Of a stretch of 64,000 nt of DNA, positions 42,371 to 51,071 are shown piece by piece (the first letter of the stretch is position 1; each line of letters begins with the position of its first letter). Below the pieces are notes generated by a model. That model did not search any database, was not told where the DNA came from, and saw nothing but the letters and a program-made list of their open reading frames with translations. The stretch is taken from contig DATGLS010000054.1 in the NCBI GenBank assembly GCA_035293985.1, positions 50,245-114,244 of the forward strand. The letters are read 5' to 3'. This stretch comes from Xanthobacteraceae bacterium (GTDB lineage: Bacteria > Pseudomonadota > Alphaproteobacteria > Rhizobiales > Xanthobacteraceae). The translations under genes and the position numbers were made by a program.

Positions 42371-42458
42371 GGCGAATAGCGAGTGGCGAACAGCGAATAG
42401 CGAATAGCGAATAGCGATTCTCGGCCCTGTTCGCTACTCCCTGGTTCGCTGCTCGCCC
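42371..42458. repeat. Family A heptamer palindrome (copy A4)
   Basis: ggcgaatagcgagtggcgaacagcgaatagcgaatagcgaatagcg ... gttcgctactccctggttcgctgctcgcc. Confidence 0.8.
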
Positions 42459-42460
42459 AC

Positions 42461-43288
42461 TCAATTCTGCATCTGCCGCTGCGCCTGGTCGACCACCACG
42501 GTGACGGCGAGCTCCTCGTCGCCGCCGCCGTAGCGGGTGCCGCGCACCGGTGCGGCGCCGAGGTAGTCGAGCCCGACCGCGACGCGCACATGCGCGTCGG
42601 TAGCGCAGATGCCGTTCGCGGGATCGAACGCGATCCAGCCGAAATCGGGCAGGTGCGCCTCGGCCCAGGCGTGGCCGGCCTCCTGGCGCACCACGCCGTC
42701 GGCGCGGTGGAAGTAGCCGGACACGTAGCGGGCCGGAAAGCCGAGCTCGCGCGCCGCCGCGATGAAGATGTGAGTGAGGTCCTGGCACACCCCGCGCTTG
42801 AGCGCGAAGGCCTCGGCCGCGGTGGTCGAGGCCTTGGTCGGGTCGGTGTCGAAGGCGACCTCGTCGTGGATGCGCGCGAGCAGCGCGTGCAGCAGGCCGA
42901 GCGGGCTGTCGCTGCCACGGTCGCGCACGTCCCGAGCGCAGGCGATGATGGCGTCGTCCGGCGCGGTCAGCGGGGTCGTGCGCAGAAACAGGCTCGGCGG
43001 GAAGTGCTCGATCGTTCCGCGCATGATGCCGTGCGCGTCCTGCGTCTCGATCTCGCCCTCGACCAGGAGGCGCAGGGTGTCGAGCGGCCCGTCGACGCTG
43101 AACGTGTGGGTGACGTTGCCGAACGCGTCCTCCTGGGCGTCGAGCCGGCAGTCGGCGGAGACGTCGATGCGCCAGTCGACCACGTACTGGCCGTCGTGGT
43201 TGCGCGGCGTCATGCGCAGCGTCTGGATCACGCCCTTCGGCGGCTCGGCGTAGCGGTAGACCGTTTCGTGCGAGACTCGGATGCGCAT
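42461..43288 (-). CDS. Transglutaminase-like cysteine-protease-fold protein
   Basis: 275 aa; RGVCQDLTHIF (Cys), GHAWAEAHL (His), IAFDPANG (Asp). Confidence 0.85.
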   Translation of the reverse strand: MRIRVSHETVYRYAEPPKGVIQTLRMTPRNHDGQYVVDWRIDVSADCRLDAQEDAFGNVTHTFSVDGPLDTLRLLVEGEIETQDAHGIMRGTIEHFPPSLFLRTTPLTAPDDAIIACARDVRDRGSDSPLGLLHALLARIHDEVAFDTDPTKASTTAAEAFALKRGVCQDLTHIFIAAARELGFPARYVSGYFHRADGVVRQEAGHAWAEAHLPDFGWIAFDPANGICATDAHVRVAVGLDYLGAAPVRGTRYGGGDEELAVTVVVDQAQRQMQN

Positions 43289-43302
43289 GGAATGAGTGTA
43301 GC

Positions 43303-43367
43303 GCGCGAATAGGGAATGGCGAATAGCCCAAATTCGCCACTCGCCATTCGCTACTCGCTATTCGCCC
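43303..43367. repeat. Family A heptamer palindrome (copy A5)
   Basis: gcgaatagggaatggcgaatagcc ... ttcgccactcgccattcgctactcgctattcgcc; abuts the alpha-E stop. Confidence 0.8.
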
Positions 43368-44309
43368 CTACATCAAATACTGCTCGCTGACGGCGGCGCC
43401 GAGCGCGTTGTTGTCGACGATGAAGCCGCTGATGAACTCGTGCAGGCCGCTTTGGAAGATCTCGTTCATGCGGCTGTTCTGCAGGCGCGTACGCACCGCG
43501 CGCGCCTTGCGCTGGGCCGGGCCCTGGCGGCCGTAGGCGTGCGCGATGGCGTCGAAGAAGCGCACGAGATTCTCGTAGCAGCTCGCGAGCGAGCGCGGCA
43601 TCTGCTCGTTCAAGATCAGCAGGTCGGCGACCAGCCAGGGCTTGAGGTTTTCCTTGTAGACCCAGTGATAGGCGGTGAGCGCCGAGACCGTGCGCAGGAT
43701 CGCGGCCCACTGGAAATAGTCGAGCGAGCCGCCGACCGGCTCGGTCGCCGGCAGCAGCAGGTGATACTTCACGTCGAGGATACGCGCGGTGTTGTCGGCG
43801 CGCTCGAGGTAGACGCCCAACCGCGTGAAGTAATAGGCGTCGTTGCGCAGCATGGTGCGGTAGGCGGAGCCGTCGAAGCGCAGCGACGTCTCCTGCACCC
43901 AGCGCAGGAAGCGGATGAGCTCCTCGCGCGAGGAAAGGCCGTTGCCGTAGCGCTTGAGCTCGAGCCAGCCGGAATTGATCACGTCCCACATCTCGGCGGT
44001 GAGCGCGGTGCGCACCGCGCGCGCGTTGGTGCGCGCCATCTCGAAGCAGTTGCGGATCGAGGAGGGGTTGTCGGTCGAGAAGGCGAGGAAATCGATCGCG
44101 TTCTCCTCGGTCGCCTCGGCGTAGCGCGCCGCGAAGGCCTTGGCGCTGCCGGCGGTCGCGATCGCCGACTCCCATTCGTTGGTGGCGCCCACATAGGAGA
44201 GCGGCATGGCGGTGAGCCGCTGCGTCGCCTCGAGGATGCGGGCGACGAACTCGGCGCGCTCGATGTAGCGCGCGAGCCAGTAGAGGTTGTCGGCCGTGCG
44301 GGAGAGCAT
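43368..44309 (-). CDS. Alpha-E domain protein
   Basis: 313 aa; MLSRTADNLYWLARYIERAEFVARILE is the characteristic alpha-E N-terminus. Confidence 0.85.
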   Translation of the reverse strand: MLSRTADNLYWLARYIERAEFVARILEATQRLTAMPLSYVGATNEWESAIATAGSAKAFAARYAEATEENAIDFLAFSTDNPSSIRNCFEMARTNARAVRTALTAEMWDVINSGWLELKRYGNGLSSREELIRFLRWVQETSLRFDGSAYRTMLRNDAYYFTRLGVYLERADNTARILDVKYHLLLPATEPVGGSLDYFQWAAILRTVSALTAYHWVYKENLKPWLVADLLILNEQMPRSLASCYENLVRFFDAIAHAYGRQGPAQRKARAVRTRLQNSRMNEIFQSGLHEFISGFIVDNNALGAAVSEQYLM

Positions 44310-44330
44310 GGGGATTCACTCTCCGCTGCT

Positions 44331-44513
44331 ACCCTCCCGCCCGTTGGCGGGGAGGGTCGGCCGACGTCGCGCAGCGACGGCGGACGGGGTGGGGGGGCTA
44401 CGCTTGCTCGGGACGCGAAGTAAGAAACACACGCTTGCTCGGAGCAAGCGGCGCCCCCCACCCCCGACCCCTTCCCGCCACGCGCTTCGCGCGCGGGGGG
44501 AGGGGAGCGCAGG
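44331..44513. repeat. Family D elements, inverted pair (D2a/D2b)
   Basis: D2b reads cttgctcggagcaagcggcgccccccacccccgaccccttcccgccacgcgcttcgcgcgcggggggaggggagcgcaggc; D2a is a reverse-oriented variant. Confidence 0.75.
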
Positions 44514-44530
44514 CGGATGCGCAAGCTTTC

Positions 44531-45946
44531 TCATGAATCCAGCACCCAGGTATCCTTGGTCCCGCCGCCCTGGCTCGAGTTGACCACGAGCGAGCCGGCC
44601 TTGAGGGCGACGCGGGTGAGGCCGCCGGGGACGATGCGGACCTTGTCGCGGCCGGTGAGCACGAAGGGGCGCAGATCGACGTGGCGCGGCGCGACGCCTT
44701 CGGCGACCAACGTCGGGCAGGTGGAGAGCGCGAGCGTCGGCTGGGCGATGAAGTTCTTCGGGTCGGTCTTGAGCTTGGCGCGGAACGCCGCGAGCATGGT
44801 CTTGTCCGCCTTCGGCCCGATCAGCATGCCGTAGCCGCCCGAGCCGTGCACCTCCTTCACGACCAGCTCCTCCAGGTGATCGAGCACGTAGGCGAGATGC
44901 TCGCCCTCGCGGCAGCGCCAGGTCGGCACGTTCTTCAGGATCGGCTCCTCGCCGAGATAGAACTTCACGATCTCGGGCATGTACGAATACACCGCCTTGT
45001 CGTCGGCGATGCCGGTGCCGACGGCATTCGCGAGCGTGACGTTGCCGGCCTGGTAGGCGGCCATCAGGCCGGGGACGCCGAGAGCGGAATCGGGGCGGAA
45101 CGCGAGCGGGTCGATGAAGTCGTCGTCGACGCGGCGGTAGATCACGTCGACGCGCTTCAAGCCCTCCGTGGTGCGCATGTAGACGACCGCGCCCTTGACC
45201 ACGAGGTCGCGGCCCTCGACCAGCTCGACGCCGAGCTTGTCGGCGAGGAACGAGTGCTCGTAATAAGCCGAGTTGTAGACGCCGGGCGTGAGGATCACGA
45301 CGGTCGGATCGGACGAGGCCGCGTGCGGCGCGACCGATTTGAGCGTGGCGAGCAACTCGTCCGGATAGTTCTCGACCGGGGCGACGCGGTGGCGCGAGAA
45401 CAGCTCGGGGAAGAGCCGCAGCATGATCTCGCGGTTCTCCAGCATGTACGACACGCCCGACGGCGTGCGCGCATTGTCTTCGAGCACGTAGAAGCTGCCG
45501 GCGTCGACGCGCACGATGTCGATGCCGGCGATGTGCACGTAGATGTCGTGCGGCACGCTCTGCCCGTTCATCTCCGGGCGAAAGACCGGGTTGCGGAAGA
45601 CGAGCTCCTCGGGGACGATGCCGGCGCGGATGATGTCGCGGCGGTGGTAGACGTCCTTGATGTAGGCGTTGAGCGCGCGCACGCGCTGCTCGAGGCCGCG
45701 TGAGAGCGCCTTCCATTCCTCGGCGGCGAGGATGCGCGGCAGCACGTCGAACGGGATCAGCCGCTCGGTCGACTCGGCCTCGCCGTAGACCGCGAAGGTG
45801 ATGCCGATGCGGCGGAAGATGAGCTCGGCCTCGCGCCGGCGATGATCGAGGAAATCGGCCGGCAGGGTGCCGAGCCAGGCGTCGAGGGCCGAGTAGGCCG
45901 GCCGCACCTCGCCGTCGCTGCCTCGCATCTCGTCGAACGCAATCAC
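44531..45946 (-). CDS. Circularly permuted type 2 ATP-grasp protein
   Basis: ORF 44531..46015; start probably GTG 45946 (VIAFDEMRGSDGEVRPAYSAL), alternatively ATG 45928. Confidence 0.85.
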   Translation of the reverse strand: MIAFDEMRGSDGEVRPAYSALDAWLGTLPADFLDHRRREAELIFRRIGITFAVYGEAESTERLIPFDVLPRILAAEEWKALSRGLEQRVRALNAYIKDVYHRRDIIRAGIVPEELVFRNPVFRPEMNGQSVPHDIYVHIAGIDIVRVDAGSFYVLEDNARTPSGVSYMLENREIMLRLFPELFSRHRVAPVENYPDELLATLKSVAPHAASSDPTVVILTPGVYNSAYYEHSFLADKLGVELVEGRDLVVKGAVVYMRTTEGLKRVDVIYRRVDDDFIDPLAFRPDSALGVPGLMAAYQAGNVTLANAVGTGIADDKAVYSYMPEIVKFYLGEEPILKNVPTWRCREGEHLAYVLDHLEELVVKEVHGSGGYGMLIGPKADKTMLAAFRAKLKTDPKNFIAQPTLALSTCPTLVAEGVAPRHVDLRPFVLTGRDKVRIVPGGLTRVALKAGSLVVNSSQGGGTKDTWVLDS

Positions 45947-46167
45947 CCGAACCCCCGCGGCGGTGACTCCGGACTTAAATCCGGAGCATGATCTTTTCCG
46001 AAAATCGGTACCCACTTTTCGGGATCATGCTCGGCAACGTGCAAGCTCCGCGCCAATGGGAAACACTGCGAAAAAAGCGCGGATTTTTCAATGCGGTTGA
46101 GAAGATTTGCCTAGGACTTGGGCGGGTTGTGAACAGGGAACGGGCGGGCAACGGGCGCTTTCTGCTG

Positions 46168-46335
46168 CCCTTCCCCGCGAGCCGCGTGGCGGGGAGGGGG
46201 TGGGGGGCGCTTCCGCTTGCTCGGAGCACGCGTCTTCGAGCCTCACCGCAAATTCGCAGCAAGCGTAGGCCCCCACCCCTCGCTTCGGCAGCTTCGCTGC
46301 CTCGCTCGACCCTCCCGCCAACGGGCGGGAGGATA
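46168..46335. repeat. Family D elements, inverted pair (D3a/D3b)
   Basis: cccttccccgcgagccgcgtggcggggagggggtggggggcgcttccgcttgctcgg ... gcagcaagcgtaggcccccacccc ... ccctcccgccaacgggcgggagg. Confidence 0.7.
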
Positions 46336-46349
46336 GCCGCGCGGCCTGG

Positions 46350-48224
46350 TCAGACCACAATTACGTCTGCATCCGGCGTGGCTGCATAGAGGCGCATTAC
46401 ATCTGCGGCGCGTCTTTCCAGGGCGAGGCGCTGGTTGATGTAGCCTTTGTCGGTGATCTCGTTCGCGTCGATCGAGGGCAGGTCGGGCAGCAGCAACGCG
46501 CGGGCGATGCGCTCGGAGGAGCCGGGGTGCGTGGCGTTCCACGCCGTGAGCGCGCGGGCGACGTGGGCGCGCACGGTCGGATGCTTCGCGAGCTCGGGCA
46601 GCGTCATCGGTGCGGCGTCATCAGGAACATTTTGGCCGATGAGCTTCTGGCAGCCGGCGGCATTGAGCCAGCACAGGATCGCGATGTCGGCGCGGTCGGC
46701 GCCCGCGATCAGCGCGTCCTGCAGCGCGGGCGAGGCGGCGGCGAGGAGGGCGACGCGCAGCGCGCCGACGTGCACCCAGGTGCCGGACAGAAGCTTGAAG
46801 TCCTCGGCGAGCCGGCCGTCGAACAGGACGCCCTTGTCGGGGTCGGCCGGATCGGCGAGGCGCACGGCATCGCCGGGCTGGTAGAAGCCTTCCGCGTCGA
46901 AGGCCGCCGCCGTGAGGTCGGGGCGCTTCCAGTAGCCGGGCGTGACGTTCGGGCCGCGCACGCGGATCTCGAGCTTGGCGCCGCTCGGCACGAGCTTGAT
47001 CTCGACGCCCGGCGCCGGCACGCCGATCGGGCCGGCGCGGTCGATCAGAAAATGCGCGGCGGTCGCGAGCGGCGCGGTCTCGGTCGTGCCCCACGACGAG
47101 GTGAGCGGGACGCGCTCGCCGGTGACGCGCGCCGCGACCGCCTCGAGCCGCGTCCACACGTCCTGCGGAAGCGCTGCGCCGGCGTAGAAGATGAAGCGCA
47201 GGCCGGCGAAGAAGCTGCGGGCGAAGCGCTCGTCCTGCTCGAGCCGCGGCAGCAGCATCGCGTAGCCGGCCGGCACGTTGAAATAGACCGTGGGCGAAAC
47301 CTCCGAGAGGTTGCGGATGGTCGTATCGACGAGCGCCGGCAGCGGCCGTCCCCCGTCGATGTAGAGCGTGCCGGCGTGGCGCAGCACCATGTTGAAGTTG
47401 TGGTTGCCGCCGAAGGTGTGGTTCCACGGCAGCCAGTCGACCAGCACCAGCGGCTGCTCGGCGAGGAACGGCCAGATCTGCGCCGCCTGCTGCTGGTTGG
47501 CGGTGAGCATGCCGTGCGTGTTGACGACGGCTTTCGGGTGCCCGGTCGAGCCCGAGGTGAAGAGGAATTTGGCGATGGTGTCGGGCCGGATCGCGGCGCG
47601 CGCCTTCTCGACCGCGGCGCCCGGTCGGGTCGCGGCGAGCGCCTCGAACGAGGTGACGCGCTCGAGATTGGCGCCGTTGCGGCCGGCGACGATCTCGGTG
47701 TTGGTCAGGTCGAGTGCGGCGAGCGCCTTGGCGTAAGCCGCGGTGTCGGCGACGTAGACGAGGCCGGGCTTGAGCAGGGAAGCGATCGCCTTGAGCTTGG
47801 CGTGATCCTGGCTCTGCAGCGAGTAGGCGACCGATATCGGCGCAACCGGAATGCCGGACGTGTAGCCGGCGAGCATGATGAGCGCGTGCTCGATGGAATT
47901 GCCGGACAGCACCATGACGGGGCGCTCGGCGTCGAGGCCGCGCTCGAGCAGCGCCTGCGCGAGCGCGTCGACCTGGCGGCGCGCCTGCGCGTAGCTGAGG
48001 CGGCGCCAATCGCCGGTGTCGCGGCGCTCGGCGAGAAAGACGCGGTCGGGCGCCGCCTCGACGGCGGCGCGGAAGAGCCGCGCGAGGCTCGGGTCGTAGG
48101 GCGCGAGCGGCGCCGCGGCGCGCAGCACGATCGCGCCGTCGGGGCGGGCCTCGCGCAGCACCCGCGGCTCGGCGTAGGCGATGGCGCGGATCGGCGCGGC
48201 GGGCGGGGGAGAGGGGGCGTGCAT
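46350..48224 (-). CDS. AMP-dependent acyl-CoA synthetase, feruloyl-CoA synthase-like
   Basis: ORF 46350..48266, start moved to MHAPSPPP; LFTSGSTGHPKAV AMP motif; overall pattern recalled from feruloyl-CoA synthases (not searched). Confidence 0.7.
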   Translation of the reverse strand: MHAPSPPPAAPIRAIAYAEPRVLREARPDGAIVLRAAAPLAPYDPSLARLFRAAVEAAPDRVFLAERRDTGDWRRLSYAQARRQVDALAQALLERGLDAERPVMVLSGNSIEHALIMLAGYTSGIPVAPISVAYSLQSQDHAKLKAIASLLKPGLVYVADTAAYAKALAALDLTNTEIVAGRNGANLERVTSFEALAATRPGAAVEKARAAIRPDTIAKFLFTSGSTGHPKAVVNTHGMLTANQQQAAQIWPFLAEQPLVLVDWLPWNHTFGGNHNFNMVLRHAGTLYIDGGRPLPALVDTTIRNLSEVSPTVYFNVPAGYAMLLPRLEQDERFARSFFAGLRFIFYAGAALPQDVWTRLEAVAARVTGERVPLTSSWGTTETAPLATAAHFLIDRAGPIGVPAPGVEIKLVPSGAKLEIRVRGPNVTPGYWKRPDLTAAAFDAEGFYQPGDAVRLADPADPDKGVLFDGRLAEDFKLLSGTWVHVGALRVALLAAASPALQDALIAGADRADIAILCWLNAAGCQKLIGQNVPDDAAPMTLPELAKHPTVRAHVARALTAWNATHPGSSERIARALLLPDLPSIDANEITDKGYINQRLALERRAADVMRLYAATPDADVIVV

Positions 48225-48274
48225 TACGGTCAAATCGATCTCTAACTCATGCTTCCGCTCAATCAAACCACAGT

Positions 48275-48409
48275 CCCGTCATCCTGAGGCGCGAGCGAAG
48301 CGGGCCTCGAAGGATGATCGGCCGTGGTGATGCCGCAACGAGCAAGTGGCCACGGACGCGTCGTCGCCCTTCGAGGGCAGCGCTGCGCGCAGCCGCCTCC
48401 GGGTGACGG
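48275..48409. repeat. Family C MITE-like element (copy C2)
   Basis: cccgtcatcctgaggcgcgagcgaagcgggcctcgaaggatg ... gccgcctccgggtgacgg. Confidence 0.8.
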
Positions 48410-48433
48410 TCGCAGATTTGATTCCGTCTCACG

Positions 48434-49642
48434 CTAATTCGCCACCAGAGGGCAGCCGCCGTCCTTCAGGGGGCGGAAGGCGTCCTCGGCCGGGATGGTG
48501 CTGACCAGCTTGTAGTAGTCCCAGGGGTATTTCGATTCCGCGGGCGTCTTCACCTGGAAGAGATACATCGGGTGGATCTTGCGGCCGTCGATCCGGATCT
48601 GGCCTTTGCCGAACAGCGGGTCGTCGGTCGGCATCGCCTTCATGGCGGCGACGACGGCGCGGCCGTCGGTGGCGGCGCCGGTCTTCGCCACGGCTTTGAG
48701 ATAATGCAGCACCGAGGCGTAGACGCCGGCATGCATGTCGTTCGGCATCAGGTGCTTGGGATGGCGGGCCTCGAAGCGGTGCGCGAAGGCGCGGGTCGCC
48801 TCGTTCATGTCCCAGTAGAACGGCACGATCAGCTGCGTGCCTTGCGCGGCCTCGAGGCCGAGCGCGCGCACGTTGTTCTGGCCCATGATCAGCGCGAGCA
48901 GCTTCTGCTTGGCGCCGAGGCCGAACTCGCGCGCCTGCTTGAGCGAGTTGGTCGTATCGCCGCCCGCGTTCGCGAAGGCGACCGCGTCGGCGCCGGAGCC
49001 CTGCGCCTGCACGAGCAGCGCGCTGAAATCCGAGGTGCCGATCGGATGGCGCGCCGAGCCGAGGATCCTGATGCCCGAGCGCACCGCCTCGTCGGTGAAC
49101 TGCTTCTCGAGATCCTGGCCGAACGCGTAGTTGGCGGTGATGAAGAACACGCTTTTCACGCCCTGCTGCGTGACCGCGCGGGCGAGGCCGTGGCCGTAGG
49201 CCCAGGTGTCGTAGGTCCAGTGCACGGTGTTGGGCGAGCACTTCGGGCCGGTCAGCACCGAGGAGCCGGCGCCGGAGCCGATCATCACCCGGTTGCGGTC
49301 GCGCACGATGTCGGAGACCGCGATCGCGATCGCCGAGTTGGGCAGATCGACGATCAGGCTGACGCCCTCGTTGTCGAGCCAGCGGCGGGCGATCTCGGCG
49401 CCGACGTCGGTCTTGTTCTGGTGATCGCCGGAGAGCACCTCGATCTTCTGGCCGGCGACGCTGCCGCCGAAATCCTCGACCGCCATCTGGGCGGCGAGCA
49501 CCGAGCCGGCGCCTTGGTCGTCGGAGTAGACGCCCGACATGTCGTTGAGGACGCCGATGCGGACTTGCGCGCGGACCTGCGTGGTTGCGGAAGCCGCCGC
49601 CAGCGCGCATAAAGCGGCGACGACCAATCGGAATGTCCTCAT
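48434..49642 (-). CDS. ABC transporter substrate-binding protein (Leu/Ile/Val-binding type 1 fold)
   Basis: 402 aa; signal peptide MRTFRLVVAALCALAAASA; VRIGVLNDMSGVYSD. Confidence 0.85.
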   Translation of the reverse strand: MRTFRLVVAALCALAAASATTQVRAQVRIGVLNDMSGVYSDDQGAGSVLAAQMAVEDFGGSVAGQKIEVLSGDHQNKTDVGAEIARRWLDNEGVSLIVDLPNSAIAIAVSDIVRDRNRVMIGSGAGSSVLTGPKCSPNTVHWTYDTWAYGHGLARAVTQQGVKSVFFITANYAFGQDLEKQFTDEAVRSGIRILGSARHPIGTSDFSALLVQAQGSGADAVAFANAGGDTTNSLKQAREFGLGAKQKLLALIMGQNNVRALGLEAAQGTQLIVPFYWDMNEATRAFAHRFEARHPKHLMPNDMHAGVYASVLHYLKAVAKTGAATDGRAVVAAMKAMPTDDPLFGKGQIRIDGRKIHPMYLFQVKTPAESKYPWDYYKLVSTIPAEDAFRPLKDGGCPLVAN

Positions 49643-49739
49643 CGCATCCTCCCAGATGACGCGGGCCCGCTTGATGACGGGTCATGCGCACTATAGTGCA
49701 GTAATCCGCCCAATGCAGCTTCGCTCACCATAACCACCT

Positions 49740-49868
49740 CGTCATGGCCGGGCTTGGCCGGGCTTGGCCGGGCTTGCCCCGGGCTTGGCGGGGCTTGCCC
49801 CGGGCATCCACGTCTTGCTCAATGTCGGCAAAAAAGACGTGGATGGCCGGGCCAAGCCGGCCATGACG
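49740..49868. repeat. Family B element (copy B3) with an internal decamer expansion
   Basis: The left arm carries about five tandem ggccgggctt(g)-like units before catccacgtctt ... aagacgtggatggccgggccaagccggccatgacg. Confidence 0.8.
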
Positions 49869-49897
49869 ACGTGGATCGCGACCACAGGACCAGTATC

Positions 49898-50653
49898 ATG
49901 ACCGAGACCGGCAAGATCATCACGGCGGCTCTGCTCGTCATCGGCGACGAGATCCTGTCGGGGCGCACCAAGGACAAGAACATCGGCTACATCGCCGAGT
50001 ATCTGACCACGATCGGCATCGACTTGTCAGAGGTGCGCGTCGTCCCCGACGTCGAGGACGAGATCGTGGCGGCGATCAACGCGCTGCGCCGGCGCTACAC
50101 TTATCTCTTCACCACCGGCGGCATCGGGCCGACGCACGACGACATCACGGCCGACTGCGTCGCCAAGGCGTTCGGCGTCACGATCGACCACGACCCGCGC
50201 GCGGTCGCGATCATGAAGGAGCGCTTCGCCCAGACCGGCTCGGAGATGAACGAGGCGCGCATGCGCATGGCGCGCATTCCGGCCGGGGCCGAGCTCGTGC
50301 TCAACAAGGTGTCGGCGGCGCCCGGGTTCTGGATCGGCAACGTCATCACCATGGCGGGCGTGCCGTCGATCATGCAGGCGATGCTCGACTACGTGGCGCC
50401 GAAGCTCGCGACCGGCACCAAGATGCTGTCGGAGAGCGTGCGCGGCGACGTGCGTGAGGGCGACATCGGCACCGAGCTCGGCGCGATCGCGAAGGCCCAT
50501 CCCGACGTGATGATCGGCAGCTATCCGTTCGTCGACGAGCGCGGGCCGAACACCAACATCGTGGTGCGCGCGCGCGATGCGGAGAAGCTCGCCGCCGCGA
50601 AGGCGGACGTCGAGGCGATGCTCGCACGGGTGCGCCCGACGATCGTGCGGTGA
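49898..50653 (+). CDS. CinA-like molybdopterin-binding domain protein
   Basis: ORF 49754..50653, start moved to ATG 49898; ALLVIGDEILSGRTKDKNIGYIAEYL...TTGGIGPTHDDIT. Confidence 0.85.
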   Translation: MTETGKIITAALLVIGDEILSGRTKDKNIGYIAEYLTTIGIDLSEVRVVPDVEDEIVAAINALRRRYTYLFTTGGIGPTHDDITADCVAKAFGVTIDHDPRAVAIMKERFAQTGSEMNEARMRMARIPAGAELVLNKVSAAPGFWIGNVITMAGVPSIMQAMLDYVAPKLATGTKMLSESVRGDVREGDIGTELGAIAKAHPDVMIGSYPFVDERGPNTNIVVRARDAEKLAAAKADVEAMLARVRPTIVR

Positions 50654-50663
50654 TCCGCTTTCC

Positions 50664-50699
50664 GCACCCTCCCCTGCAGGGCCCTGCAGGGGAGGGTGC
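50664..50699. terminator. Perfect 36-nt palindrome after the cinA-like stop (family H-related)
   Basis: GCACCCTCCCCTGCAGGG|CCCTGCAGGGGAGGGTGC; no U tract. Confidence 0.45.
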
Positions 50700-51071
50700 A
50701 GAGAGCGCGCGCGCCAGCGGCTCCGTCTCACATGCGATTCGTTGCATGAGTAAAGGAGTGTGTGGCGGCTGTGGATAACTCGGCGGTGTCATAGGCCGCC
50801 TGCAGCAGGATCGTACCGAAGCGTCGTCAAATCATCGGATCGAGTGATCTATCTGGCGCGAGTCGCGTTGCGGACCGAGCGCGTGCCGCAGCAATGCCGC
50901 AAATGGTGCGTCACTATGGAGATGCGGTGTCGCGGTCCGGTGGTGGAACCGGGCGATGCCGCCCTTCGAGGCGCGGCTGTGGCGCGCTCCTCGCGGTGAT
51001 GGGGTCGGGCCATCGGGGGATGGTCGGGGTGAGGCGCAGACGTTCCAATAGCACCGTCAGGACGGTCAGCG

